Positions 12,301 through 26,696 are shown, counted from the stretch's first letter. The stretch is 64,000 nucleotides of DNA from Balanoglossus misakiensis (GCA_040954595.2 CM082594.2:1816247-1880246), one strand, 5' to 3'. Notes: a model not told the origin generated them from the letters alone. Program-made: numbers and translations.

Positions 12301-13936
12301 TCATGTGACCGACGCCCTCTCAAAAAGATAAGTTTCTCTTGTAACGGACTTTGATAGTATTGATTAAAATGTCGGATTGGTGGGAAATGGAAAAATCCAT
12401 ATATTGAGTATTCTCTTACTTAATTCGGTCAATAACCTTGTCTTATAGCATTAATCACGATATAAATACATGCAATTCGATGCAAGTCGCACAGTTTTAT
12501 TGTATAGAGTTGTGAGGTGGGACGGTAAGGAAGAGCCGGCCACCATAGCGTGTCTATACCATGGTCTTCGTAGATGCCCTATCCTGATATCAGCGAAGAG
12601 CACTGTACCCGATTTGCACGCACGGGGGACTTTTGGTGATAACACAAAACTCTGCATGAACTTTACACCAATGAAAAAAGATCGCCATTTCCAAGAGAGT
12701 ACATGGCACGGCCGGAGATTATTACGTTGTTCACTGCCATGGGGAAAATAGTCAAATTGGATATAAAAAAGGCACAGACTTGGCACTGTTAAAGCGCGTA
12801 GCTCATCTCACAGGCATATTCCAGCTGTAGCCGCTGGTTACAGGCGTTTAGTGAACAGTCAATCCCATGAGGCTGCTCTGTCCTAACGACAGAGAAGATG
12901 GCGGCGACCATAATCTGTGTCGGAGATCGTGAAAAGACACCAGCTTGGGTGAAAAGGAGGGACAAAACCAGAATCTATACTTATACTGTGCGCATGAAAA
13001 ATGGAAGGAAGCGAAGGCAGTCCACTATTTGAATGCATCGAACGGAAAATTGGCTGGGAAGTTACGCGCATGCGCGTGAGACGAGACACACAACACAGAC
13101 AATCCACCAAATTTAAATCCCTGGGGACACAACAGAGGTACAGGTACAAGATGCTGACTTATTTGTACAAAATCGATGCAAACGTTAATTACATGATCAA
13201 TGATGATTAATGACGTCATGAGAAATCTATTGACTTTTCCATAGCAACAATATCTCCACCCCCGCCTGCCTTGTAACATGCGATAGGTTATATCTTTGGT
13301 ATTTATTTATTCATTGCTTATTTATCTTTCTCGTAACACTTGATTGATCGACATACATTGTAAGTTGTACACCTTGCTGTATCTGTACATTCCAGCCATA
13401 TTTTTCACTACAGGTTGTAAATTTAAATTTATCAAAACAGTCTTCTGGTGTTTTTGTGAGCCGAATGAGAAGCTGACTACGCATGCGCCACGATGTTTTT
13501 TGAAATGTTATCACATACATTAGAATCATATTCATTCACTCGTTTGTGAAATGTGAAATGCCATGCATTCCGAATGCCTTTTCACTATCTGACATTTTGT
13601 TTAATATCTCTCTTAGAATCACCCCCCCCCCCCAAAAAAAAAAATCTCTTTAGACTTAAATGATGAAAACATACTGGTCTGAATGCTGCACATGCGCGAT
13701 GAACGGCAGTGTGGCGTTTGGATTAACACTGAATAATTTACTAACATAATTTTGACCCGTAGCGATTACAGTCCACACCACGTGGAAGCAGGGTATATGA
13801 TAAAAAGGGCACAACACCCTGGTTTTTATAAAGGGTCAAAGTCCTGAAATATTGTCCTTGTTCACATTCGTTACTATGATTAGGTAGTAGTAGTAGAAGT
13901 AGTATTTGTTGTTGTTGTTGTTGTTGTTTATGATGA

Positions 13937-13969
<33 letters not shown>

Positions 13970-16900
13970 CAATTAATTACAAAACATGAATCGCTATGAA
14001 ATTGATGAGTCGTATGCCCATGGCTGTTAGTATAAATAATTAAAACAAAATGTCGAATCGTTAAATTTATTGTGGTACTAAATGGATTTGCATGACATGC
14101 CAATTTTGTAAATGTTCATGATGGAACTCGTATGTGTTCTTGGTCAAATTCGCGACGCACAATTCTCTGGAGGTTTTTTTTTTAAACAGAAGAAATGAAC
14201 AACACCACGTGTAGAGGGCGCCATGTGTTGGAGCAGCAGTGACTAGTGCGTTCTAGTCAGTTGTTGCCGTGTTACCGCATGGGGTGTAATCTCAAGCCAG
14301 ATTCTGAATAACGCATGATTTTCGATTGGCGGTACGTAGCTTTGGTAAACGATGGTTAATAGCAGAAATGCTGCGTTGTTATGACAACAGACCAGTACAA
14401 GGAATAACCCGGAACTGTTTTCTGTTTAATCTTGGTGGGAATAATATGGCAGACGTTTCACATAATACACATCGTTTTATTTCATTGTCACTAGTTTTTT
14501 TTATGTTCCATTTCCTAAAACAACATCATTGCGTGTGAAGTTGTAAGAGGAAATTGCTAATTATACATTGGATTGTGAAAGTGTTAAATCAAAACGTGCA
14601 AGGAGACGCCATTACAAGTGCCTCATCTCACTAGCCATTATAATTAACCATACGAATATCAGGATGGTAATCCTTGCAATAGTAGTGGTCACGTTCGTCA
14701 CATCGTTGGAAAGAGCAGTATTGAACCGGGCTTGAAAATGTCACTTTTCGGCCTGTTGGACCACAGTACAAACCGTTGGCAAGGCGGTCCGGACACTTTA
14801 ATATTAAAAATACAACGCCATATTAAGGTATAGGATGCTATGCAGGAATTGAGATCTCTTTATTAATAATGGAACTCAATACGTATTGACTTGTATTTTA
14901 TAACGCTATTATTCGTCACGTAAACCTACCATGTTTAAAAAAATACAACTTACGTTTTAGGGGAGTTTTTAAACATACTAAACGTTAATTGGATTTCAAA
15001 GGCAATTTTACAGCTTATATCATGTCGATTCATGCAAAGTACACTGTTGTTCACTTCTTGAAGACAGAGAGGGATGTTAAAGATACGACATACAAAAATC
15101 GTTTACTTACATCAACTGAACTACATATGACATGTAAGATATCGTCCTCGTAAAATTCTAATGTACATTCTAAACACTCCTCGCTCCTTTCTTCTTCTAA
15201 CAAGTGTCCCTGAAATGAAAAATGTACCTCCTTATAGCATTATTTTTAAGTTCATGTTATTTTCGATAAACGATAACAACATTCAGTTACTAGACAAAGT
15301 CAGATGATATCCACACACTCTGATCGAGGCGACCAACAAGCACTCAGCGACGGACGGACATACAGACAAGACAGACAGGCAGAGTGAGAGACAGACAGAC
15401 AGACAGGCAGGCAGAGTGACTGGCGGACAGGCAGGCAGAGTGACAGAAAGACAGACAGGAAGGCAGAGTGACAGACAGACAAACAACCAGACAGGCAGAG
15501 GGACAGACAGACAGACAGACAGAAACAATGTGACTAGTTTTCTTTTACTTTGGCTACGCTTAAAGGGAGACACACATACAAACCACATCGATCTTGTCCA
15601 CTTGATCCACCAGCACGGACATCAGCCTGAATGTATGTGTCGGTCTAGACTCTCTCACAACACCTCTCGTCGTCCGTGCAGGCTTATGGTCTGATTGCAT
15701 GTGTGCCCGGCAGGGGGGGGGGGGGCACTCATGAACGCTGCCCTCTAGTGGCTACTAAATTGACCAACCAGAGTGCGGCATTCTGGCTCACTCATATGCG
15801 CGTCTTGTCGACAGTAAAGGCTCGAAAAACCCCGTTTTTGAACAGAATGTGATCATCGAAATAAATCACGATCACAAATTTAGAAAGTTACATTATGTGT
15901 AGAACACCAGACATTTTTTCCCGTACATGACCGATCATTTTCACACTTTGTCGGCCGATAAACGTAGTGCCAATGTAGGCTGATAAACACCAGTGCCGAA
16001 AGGCGGTTTTCAAACTACCGATCATTTCAAACTCTGTCGATCTTTTTAATAATAAGCCAAAGAGCGTAGTGCAGTACCGTACCGAAAGGCTGTTTTCAAA
16101 CTACCGATCTTTTTCATAATAAGCCGATATGACGTGACCGACACACGATGGAGCTCCGTTTGAGCCAGACAATAGTCCCAAACACCAATACGACAAGTAG
16201 ACAATTGAAAATCACAAAGAAAATATGTTTTTTTTGGGGGGGTCAGAACCTTTGTAAAAGTAAGGCTTCGCGGTATGAAAAGCGATATCACATCAACATG
16301 TCACGAAAATTCAGTTCACCCACGAGGAGACGCTCACGCTACGTATACTGCATCATACGAAGGTTCAGGAGCTATGCACTAGTCAGGCGTGTGCGCTATA
16401 CTATACATGCTATAGAACGGAATTGTTGCACTTGTAATCAGGGGCGATTTTGCAAAGACCCATGGGGGTACACACACCATTTTTCTAAAATAGTCAGAAT
16501 ATATATTGAAATTACCGAAATCGTTTCAAAATGTTACAATTATTTTTTATAAGAAAGTGCTGCACATCTTAAAACACTATAAATTCGATGTCTATTATTT
16601 TTCCAAATTTCGGGTCACTGTAAGTTTTATCAGTTTTTCGCAAGGTTTATCAAGATATTTCGGTAAAATGTGTCGTTTAATAGCTTAAACTACAAACTAT
16701 CGATAAATGGTGAAAATGACTGGTAAAATACGATAATTCCGACGTAAATAAGCTTAGAAAATTACGTGGGAAATCAGCTCACCACTTCCGCATTTGAAAA
16801 CAAGATAACGTTGGGGGCGCTGCAAAGTTTAGAAAACACCGTGATTAACGGTCATTTGACGAGCTAGAGTTCGCACTGATATGCGAGGTAAGATTTTGAC

Positions 16901-17149
16901 TCAGACGTGGTTTCAAATTGGAATCAGCCTTATTTTCTGTAGTAGAATACACGAATTTTATCTTGGAAAAACAGTAAAAACTTCAAAAAATAATATGCAC
17001 ACTGAAGTTCTGCTTTCGATCCGAAATTCCTTTCCATTCCGTTCAAAATCCGTGTGGTGATAAAAGCAAAACGTGGAAAAATTTTTGGATTTGGAGAAAC
17101 TATTTTTTATTTCGTGTGGCTATTCCGTTCCGTAAGCCTCACAAGAATA
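9382..17149. repeat. Segmental duplication, copy 2
   Basis: Near-identical to 977-8799. Confidence 0.97.
9561..10872 (-). pseudogene. Crypton-type tyrosine recombinase (DUF3504/ZMYM/QRICH1-like), full length but split by one frameshift at ~10495-10525
   Basis: N-terminal LNEYLATFFVNLKKADGTDYEPGS; catalytic set R (GLRGRDEH), K (KTR), HxxR (NHSVR), H (GHKN), Y (LQHY). The frameshift coincides with a tandem GCAAAACAACTATGG duplication. Confidence 0.9.
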
Positions 17150-18026
17150 TTACGAGCGCCTGTGGTGTGAACAGAATTGAACGTGCAAAGGGCCATGACC
17201 TCGTTTGAACTCTCGCGTTGAGTATTCAAAAACGCAACCAGGGACAGACCACAAAATGAACGAATTCCCCATAGAATTATTTTCTGTCATACTTAGTGGA
17301 CGTAGACTATCGTCAGCCGCTTGTGTCGCTTGTAATATTTCCATGGCAATGTTCCGCGTCTCTGACGCTCGACCCAGAGGTCGCGCGCGACTTCAGCCCT
17401 CTTTGGCTGCCATAGCTGGTGATCATCCTCTGTGTACCTGTGTATACCAGAACAGAAATCACGTGACGCGTGTCTGGTGAAAATAAATTTTCCCCGTAGT
17501 GCAATGTTTACTGACAATGGTGGTGTAATCGAACCCAGAACTTGGAATAACCGCGAAAAATTGTGTCGAGTGGTCAGGAAATACGTACCACACGCTGACT
17601 TCCAAATGTCTAGATTTTGATGTTTGTGGCAGTACACACATGATGTCTAAACTGGCGACACAGTTACAATTACTCAGTGTATGGTCTCCAAAATTGTCAG
17701 TTTCCTCCACAATACTGAATGAGTGAAGAACGTACACATAAATCATGAGCCTACTAAGGGGACTGGTCGGTTTCTTCAGCCTGGGGGGAGGGGTGGATTA
17801 TAGGGGAGGGGGTCACCCTGTTTTGGAATTGGGTGATGTCATCTCAGGTGCTGGTGTCTATCCTCCTGTACTTTGCAAGGCTAACTTTATTCCCCCTCTT
17901 GCTAAAACATTCATACGTTCGACATGTGTGTGTTTTAAATGATCTTTGCCACCCTTTGCGACCTTTGACCTGTCATAGTTCAAAATAGCAGATTTGAATA
18001 AGGCTCGCTATTTCTACTGTTCATGA

Positions 18027-19530
18027 TTAGGTCCCATTGGTATAGGCATATATACCATGGGACCTTATGGGATCGGTTGCGTCTGTATGTATTTATGGAT
18101 GGATGGATGGATGGATGTATGGATGTATGTCTGTATGTCCGTCCACATCAAAAACTTGAAAACCGCTGCGCGTATCACCTCAATATTTGGTGTATAGGTG
18201 CAGGCTGGGCTGTAGATGGGAGTTTGTCCAAACGAAGTTGCCAGGCCCAAAAATATGCAAATTAGCTGGAAAAATGTGAAATTTATCAAAACTCTGAAAG
18301 TCAACAACTACTCGTCAGATTGCTTTCAAAATTGGTATGCATGTACCATATGTCAACCTCACATCGACCTGTAAGTGTTAAGTTAATAACAGGGATGTTT
18401 TATTTTTTATGAATTTTTTAGTCTTTTTATTAAATTTATACCTTTACTTATACCTCTATGGTTAAGCTATGTCCACGTCTTATTGTGGAATTCTGGTCTG
18501 TGCAATAGTCCTGTACAGTGACTGTCTATTGGTCAGTGAGCACAATGGGGCCAAAATAAAAGGCAAACTTTTGGGCTCACCTGTAACACCTGCTTAACAC
18601 ATTAATTATGTGCATACCTAATTCTGGGCTAACTAATAGGGCTAGAGGTTTCGTTCTTGTGGGACATGGACCAGTATAGGGTCAAAATTTCTTGCCCAAA
18701 TTTTGGGTGACCTCAGGTGACCTTTGACCTACTTTCCTATATCTCGGCATCCAGAGCAGGTACAGACTTGGCGTTTGGAGAGTTGGGACTAAAATTGAAA
18801 AGCCAAAATGGGGGTCACCTGTAACACCTGCTTATCTCATTAATTATGTGCATACCTAATTCCAGGCTAACCAATAGGGCTATAGGTTTGGTTTTTGTTG
18901 AACATGGACCAGTATAGGGTCAAAATTTCTTGCCCAAAATTTTCCTGACCTCAGGTGACCTTTGACCTACTTTACCATTTCTTGGCATCCAGAGCAGGTA
19001 CAGACTTGGCGTTCGGAGGGTTGGGACTAAAATTGAAAAGCCAAAATTTGGGGTCACCTGTAACACCTGCATATCTCATTACTTATGTGCATACTTAATT
19101 CCAGGCTAACCAATAGGGCTATAGGTTTGGTTTTTGTTGAACATGGACCAGTATAGGGTCAAAATTTCTTGCCCAAATTTTGCATGACCTCAGGTGACCC
19201 TTGACCTACTTTATCATATCTTGGCATCCAGAGCAGGTACATAATTGGTGTTTGGAGGGTTGGGACTAAAATTGAAAAGCCAAAATTTGGGGTCACCTGT
19301 GACACCTGCATATCTCATTAATTATGTGCATACCTAATTCCAGGCTAACCAATAGGGCTATAGGTTTGGTTTTTGTTGAACATGGACCAGTATAGAGTCA
19401 AAATTTCTTGCCCAAATTTTGCATAACCTCAGGTGACCTTTGACCTACTTTTCCATATCTTGGCATCCAGAGCAGATATGCTTATTGCTATGTGCTATGT
19501 TGGCTTGGGCCCGCTATTGCTGCTTGTAGA
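18027..19530 (+). mobile_element. Helentron/HINE-like non-autonomous element with an internal 239-bp tandem satellite
   Basis: 5' hairpin TAGGTCCCA...TGGGACCT, then a (GGAT)/(GTAT) microsatellite and ~4 tandem 239-bp units (~18570-19480). The 5' part recurs inverted at ~27590-27885. Confidence 0.6.
18570..19480. repeat. 239-bp tandem repeat, ~3.8 copies
   Basis: GGGGTCACCTGT recurs at 18811, 19050 and 19289. Confidence 0.92.
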
Positions 19531-20770
19531 TCTGCTTGCAATGTCACCTGTAATTTTTATTCTGGTGTGTCACTGTTTCCGCATTATCCTCAAATGTGAC
19601 CACAGTGTCCTTGACGCTATTTTTTTTTGTTTTGTTTTGTTTTGCGCAAGAAGGGAAAATGAGCTTTGCACACAACGTGAAGGATCAACTAGGCCAACAT
19701 AACTCCATGAACCCGTCCACATACGGCCCGGATTGTATGTCGGCCCTGATCCCCCTTTCCGAACGCGACCAAACTAATTCAGCCCTGTGCCCACTTAGCG
19801 TGTCCAAATTGGTTTTTCTATACCGCCCCAGGCCCAGCACTGATGCTACACCGCCATAATGAGTATGGTGTGACCCCCCAAGTGTTTTGCCCCCATTGCA
19901 TCACATAACAAAGTTTTAAGCTTCTCTTTGTAAGTCGTCCTGAAGAGGTAAAATCACAACAGTGAACTTTCTATTTGATTTGTGCAATATGCCTGGCTTT
20001 GAATCGCATAAAATACAAGTAAATTTTCTGTCTTGAGTTGGAAGCACGGCTGGTGGACAGCAATTTTCCTGAGGTTATCTTTCGCGGAGTTAAGCACTGG
20101 AATCATGTGAAAAATGGGCAAGACGAGTAGGGTAAGATTGAGCCCCTAACATACATGATGCTTTTTAAAGATTGAACAAAGTAAGAACTTAAAAATGAAT
20201 TTGGAATAAATTTATTCACTATATATGAACAATAATGAAGATTAATGTTAAAACCCTAGGCATCGACAGAGTCGAACTGTCAATGTGGATACATTCTCCA
20301 AGAACACCTCTTGCGGGTAAATTAATTTCATTATTTGTTCATTATATAGTGTAGCTAAGTGTGGCTAGGTGGCTAACTGCTGATGTAATAAATCTTGCAT
20401 ACCCATTTGAAACATGTCACAGTATTCAAATTGAAATGATGAGCAAAAAAAATATCTGCTCATCATATTGATAGAAAGTGCCAAAATAGCTTGTTGACGG
20501 TGCACACAATAGCTTTTGGCTTTACCCTGGTTAACTATTATTATTTTTATTATTTTTAAATTTAATTAAGTGCCTAATGGGTAAAGACCAAAAGCTTCTT
20601 GGTCCCATCTCTCCCCCATACAATTTTGGTTCTTTTTTTTATGCAAGATAATTACATTCTGTGTGATAACCTAGTCTTTTTTACACGCCTAAAGGGCAGT
20701 GAAAAAACCTTGAGCCAAATATAAATGAGGAAAAACTGCCCTCTCCCCCATCGTTCGATGCAAATATTAA

Positions 20771-22135
20771 AGGCTAACCCGAATCGTCTTGCTGGCTTTT
20801 AATTTTTTTAATGAAATACGATGAACGAGCGAATTGTGACGAGGGACGAAGAAAACACGCAGTGTATGGCGACGAACACGGCGACGAGTGACGAAGGAAA
20901 TGCGGACGAGCGAATGGCACCGAAGGACACGTTGGCGACGACAGATGGCGACGAGCGACGAAGGAAATGCGGACGAACGAATGGCACCGAAGGACACGTT
21001 GGCGACGAACGAATGGCGACGAGCGACGAAGGAAATGCGGACGAGCGAATGGCACCGAAGGACACGTTGGCGACGACAGATGGCGACGAGCGACGAAGGA
21101 AATGCGGACGAGCGAATGGCACCGAAGGACACAATCTCGGGGAAAGTTGCGAAAAAATCCACGGACGAATCACACGAGCGCATAGCGAAAATAATTTCTA
21201 TAAAAGAAAAAAGAACATGTTAAACATACATTTATATAATCATTTCACAATTGTTTTACAACTACATTACACACCTTTGTCTGCATTACCCTTTACAACC
21301 TGTACACATTTAATTTGACCATGTGGCATTACCGGTTACACCTTTTTTGTCACTACACTTTAAACCCATAACACAACAAGTCATTATTATTAACCCTCTG
21401 TACAGAATTAATGTAACCACGTGGCATAATTTAATTAATTTCCCTTTATTCATTGTTTTCACTAGACCATAAATCCAAACACCAGTCATATTTATATACC
21501 CTTTGTTCACACTTTACCACGTGGCATAACCCGGCCGTTACACCTTTTTATCACTATAGTCATATTAACCCTCTGTACAGAATTATATGTAACCACGTGA
21601 TATAATTACCCTTTTGTACACATTTGTTTCACTATACCATAAAACCATTTAACCACACACTTGTCATTTATATACCCTTTGTTAACACTTTACCACGTGG
21701 CATAACCCTCGATTTTACAGTACATTACTCATCACACCTTTGAAACCAAAATATTATACCCATGCAAACATTTGTATTTCTCAAAGTACCCTTGTTTGTT
21801 TGTGCACAATGTTTACATGGCGCGCCGGTTGCAAAGAAAAACAGTGACAAGACGATACAGCACAGCGCATACAATCAACAAAACACAGAACAATGTCACC
21901 ATATTCGCAGCGTTACACTCCGGGACCAATGCCGACCACTCCATTTTACCATTTCCACCGCGCAGTTTTACCAGAGATCAGCCGCCGTACATGTATCCAA
22001 ACTGAAAGACAAAGAAATGATACCGTCTGCGAATTCAAATGCCACTAACGGACAGAGTGGCATCTGCGCATGCGAGTATGATAATTAGCATCCAGAAAAA
22101 TCCAGAATAAACCCACTGCGCATGCACTCTAGCCT
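20771..22135. mobile_element. Putative TTAA-flanked non-autonomous DNA transposon containing minisatellites
   Basis: TTAA|AGGCTA...TAGCCT|TTAA, with only a 6-bp TIR. Contains a ~67-bp GC-rich repeat and diverged ACCACGTGGCATAA repeats. Confidence 0.4.
20820..21133. repeat. ~67-bp minisatellite (GACGAGCGACGAAGGAAATGCGGACGAGCGAATGGCACCGAAGGACACGTTGGCGACG...), ~4.5 copies
   Basis: Direct reading; it produces repetitive ORFs in all frames. Confidence 0.93.
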
Positions 22136-24594
22136 TTAATTAGACAAAATAATCAGTTCAACGCAACACGTCCTGGTTGGGATTATAATAACAAAAGAAA
22201 GAATTATCAGTTCGGCAAGATTTGAATAACACCGAAAATTCACTACAGTGGCAACGCGCGTCTAAATTAAATGAGACACCTGATTTTATCAAGCTGATTC
22301 CACAGGTCGCGCGCTAGTTGAGAGCGCTTGTGCTCTCAACTGCGCAGCGCGACCTGTGGTTGATATAATGGGCATGTAACAATATTTGCAACATTGTTGA
22401 TGCTTATGCAGACATTATGCTTGAAGAAATTTAAAACTCAAACTTTGTAGCCTAATATGAAGAAAACTCGGCAAATTGTGCGTGTCATTTTTTTCCGTTA
22501 CCATGCATTAATTTTACTGACACAGAACACTCCAAGGAAAGATACAGTACACGTCCAAGGACCGCCGATTACATGCACAGGTGGTTACAATGAATGTTGA
22601 TAAAACTTTTCTGGAACTGTTTCCATACAGTCAGTTGGACTTGGAAATACACAGGCCCCTATTATGCGACAAGTGACATCATTTCGTTTCTGATAAAACG
22701 TATCATCGAGCAGTGGTTTTCCACGACAAAACGAGCGTCCACTCAATTTCACTTCCATGTTTCCCACAATAAACTTGTGCAGTTGTGGAATAAAGTCAGT
22801 CATCGGACAAAGCTTAGAGTGTTCGCTCTTCGCGTAGAAACAAGCCCATTTTGTTGGATACTGTGACTATGCCCAAACTTAATAACTATGTTGGGACATC
22901 CGTATAGAGTAATTACTTGACAGTGAAATGAAAACCATGGAATATTATCTATATACAACAGATTATGATGTTTCACAGAGCTGTTTTGGAATGTGTAAAG
23001 GTGAAATTCGTTCTCGTTCTGACTTCATACCTGACCCACCCATTAGTAAAATGTTGATGGTCCTTCCACTCGGACAAGCACGCGGCTTTGTGGAAGCTAG
23101 CCGACAGTTATCGCTGGGTTGTCGGATTTGTTGCCGAACCCCAACGGTACAGCTGCGTACCACAGCTAGCTCGGAGCGAGAGTTTCGGTACCGAGTTGAG
23201 TTACAAATTCGGCCTGAGCTGATGGTTTGGGTTACGCGATCCCATGACTTGTACACGTTCACAGACGCTAAGCTTGTTAAGAAACTATTTGGACAGAATA
23301 ACGGTCAATCAAATCACATACACACAAATTATTCATTAAATAATCTTATTTAAATAACTCGAAAAATATAAAATGAATAAGTACAACCATTGAAAGATTC
23401 TTTTGTCTAACGGTGACCAATTAAACGACCAACAGCAAATACAACATTCCACCAAAAGATAATAGACTGACAATTAATAGTACTGGGATTTGCATGCAAT
23501 AATTCTATAGCTAGCGTTAAAGTTTTCAAGGAACAGTCACGTATTACCTCACAATATTGTCCTGACGAGTTAGAAGAAGAAAAACTCCATGAAATTTCCA
23601 GCTCGAGGGTGGCGTAATCGGGGATCCATAAATAAGGGCAAATTCAAGTTCTCGAAAGTCTAGATTAGTCCACACAGAATACCCAAAGACCGGATCCAGG
23701 GCGCCGGGTTCACATGTGATGTACTCACGGAACTTCAATGCTCCAAGAACACTACTTTCTTGAAAGACCACTGGAACATACGACAAGAATCCTTGATGAT
23801 GGTGACGGGACGACATGTAAGGTAGTAAGCACGAGGTCGGATGGAAACTGGTCAATGTGGCCGGAGACAACACGTGGCATAGTAACCTTTTACAAATAAC
23901 GGCGAGGCAACGTGGCAATGTACGTTTTTTATACGACTAAAATACATAATTAATTAACACCTGGATACGCGGTGTGTTGAACAAAGGAATAAAAGTGAGG
24001 TTCACCTGGTCAATGAACCATTGGACACATGGACAACATAACACGCTAAAAAAGCAAAACAAAACAGAACACTATTTACTTGATAACAAATCATGGCTTA
24101 CACTTAGTTTTCTAGTTGCTGAATACGAGAAATGACTTAAAAATCTAAACACATGAAGCAAATCTAGCCATATGCGTAACTTTCGGAAAATGTACAGGAC
24201 GTAAGACAGAAATTGGTACATAAAAACAAAAGCACAATTTGTTCGACGCTTGTGGTCTTCCTGCGCTTGGCGCACAGTGCGCCCTCATGCGACCGAATCG
24301 AATCATGGGAATGGGAACATGGTGACTGTCGCTTATTTTGGTCTAACGTAACCATGGTTACCTGTCGTGAAACCTTATGTTCTACACATTGTTGTTCGTG
24401 GGAGTGGCATCAGTTTGCGTTCAGGTGAGAATTGTTTGCTCTGCCTCCGCGTATGATTCGAAAAACGCGTTTACAAAGCAAAACGGATATCGATACTTCC
24501 GGTTTGTAATGTGCGATCGCTTATAGCTATGCGTACTGTACGCAGAGCTCCTATGTTTCAAGTTGCTGTGTTCGAATCAATCATTACCTCATTA

Positions 24595-25128
24595 GGGACT
24601 GGTCAGTTTCTTCAGCATGGGGGGATTGATTCTATTTTGTGGATATCAAAAGTGAGTGACACCCCCTCCCATGTCAACTTTCACAAACTGTAATTATCCC
24701 CCCCCCCCCCCAGCGATTTTGTGATTTGTTTGTAAAATTCAGAGCTCAAAGCTGAATTTTAATGAACTCAAAAGCAAATCAACTCAACAATGTTGGGGAG
24801 GGCAAATTTTACCTTTGCCCCTCAAACTCAACACATGTAGGGGGGGGGGGGGACAAGTACCCTGCTCTGTACTGCCTGGTAAAGAATCAGGGGGTGGGTG
24901 TCCCCTCCCACATTAGATAATTTTCTAATTTAAGAGCTCGAAACTGTATTTTTGTGGACTCAAAAGCAATGTTTAGTCCCTCATTCAACATTTCCAAAAC
25001 AAGGTGAGCCCCCCCCTCCCATCACCCAATTCCAAAACAGGGTGAGCCCTCCCCTATAATCCACCACAACCCCCCCCCCCCCCCCCCCCCTGGCTGAAGA
25101 ACCGACCAGTCAAGTCCAGTCAAGTCCC
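24595..25128. mobile_element. PIF/Harbinger-like MITE
   Basis: TTA|GGGACTGGTCAGTTTCTTCAGC...GCTGAAGAACCGACCAGTC..AGTCCC|TTA, 3-bp TTA TSD. A related end lies at ~17757. Confidence 0.7.
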
Positions 25129-26333
25129 TTAGTAGGCTCATGATTTTAATGTGAAGTTAAAGACAGGTATACATTCTTCAGTATTGTGGAGGAAACCGAC
25201 AGTTTTGGGGGACCAGACACGGAGTAATTGTAACTGTTTCACCAGCGAAGACATCAATGTATACTGCTACAAACATCAAAATGTAGTGACATTTGGACGT
25301 CAATAAAATCAGCAATTTTTCTCTTCCACCAGACCCAGTTCAACGATACAAGGTGAAATAGATTGTGTCCACCAAATCCGTGAAATAGATTGTGTCCATC
25401 AAATCCTGACAACAACCACACGCGTAGTATCTACATAGGAAATGTATTTGCAGAACAGTGGTGAGTTTTTTGCTGAGGCCTATATGGCCAGCAAATAGTT
25501 AAATAATAACACATGTTTTATAGCAAGGGCAATGACAATATCATGATGTTTAGCCTGCACAGGAGGGGTGGTGATCTCTGACCATAATGTTGATGATGCC
25601 CAAGCAGAGAGCACCAGCCTGAGGGCAGGCAGGAAATCATGATGTTTCCCGAGCATTTTGAGTTATCCATTTTCTTACACACAATATTTGGTACATAAAG
25701 CATAGAACATTAAATTTAGAGTTGTTCTGTCCAGGGTCGTTGCATGCAATTAAGGTCTTGATTTTTGGAGAACTGTAGCTGTAGGCCTACTTTCAACTCC
25801 GAGAATTTTGAACAACTGTTGGTTGAAATTCTGATGTGTTTACTATTCATTTGCAGTAAAATATCATCGAACTGAATAGGTTAAGGTGTGTTGGTCTTTG
25901 AAGCCATAGATGCCGGAGATTGAGATTGATTCGAATGACAATTTGTCATGTGCAGAAAAGATGCACACTACAGAACTTGAAAATCATCCCCAGTAGGCTG
26001 TAACCCCTAGCTACCATGTTTTTCTTTATGCTCCCCACACAGGGTCTAGTAATTTGGTTTCTATTTTTGAAATGTTGCTATTTGCAAGTTAAAGGACTCT
26101 AACCGGGCCAGCGTAGGTCAATGCTTAAAATGTGATCATGAACATGACATCTTACATGTAGAAGTCAATATAAACAACCTGATCTACTACTGATTGACTG
26201 AATTAATGAGCAGGGGTGTTGCTCAATATCAGTGACCTTAAGTTGCCATGGCTGGAGTCCTTTGACAAGCAAATAGGTAGCAAAATTTCAAAGATGGAGA
26301 CCAAATTGCTAAACCCTGTGTGGAGCATAGCAT

Positions 26334-26696
26334 AAAAAATTCACAGGAGTCTGGATTCTAGACAATAAACTTACAGGAATGCAATTAGCGTACAGTACAG
26401 ATTTCAATTTCCCTTCATTGTACATGTACCTGCTGCACCACAGCAGCAAATCTTTGAACTACATCTGTGCGTTTGATCTCTGATTTTATGCTTTTATTTA
26501 AATTTTCTCTCCAAGGTCATGGTGATATTTGTGGTGACCTTGATTTGTGCTGTGTGTATATATTGGTGAACTTGCTGGCTGTTGACCCATGGTTGTGTAT
26601 AAAGAGAGGCTTTCCGAAATCCCAGCCATTGCAGACGGTAGGTTGCAGTGAAACTTTTGTTGTTCATTTTCAACAAGGTACACTCTTTTTTATGTG
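26334..26696. repeat. ~360-bp direct repeat, second copy at 27884-28245
   Basis: Near-identical from AAAAAATTCACAGGAG to CTCTTTTTTATGT. Confidence 0.95.

Noticed and set aside
20255-20300. tRNA-like T-arm on the minus strand (GACAG TTCGACT CTGTC); similar A/B-box traces at ~35460-35520
   Set aside because: No complete cloverleaf; at most decayed SINE heads.
20767-21318. Repetitive proteins in all six frames
   Set aside because: A stop-poor GC-rich minisatellite with a unit length that does not preserve frame.
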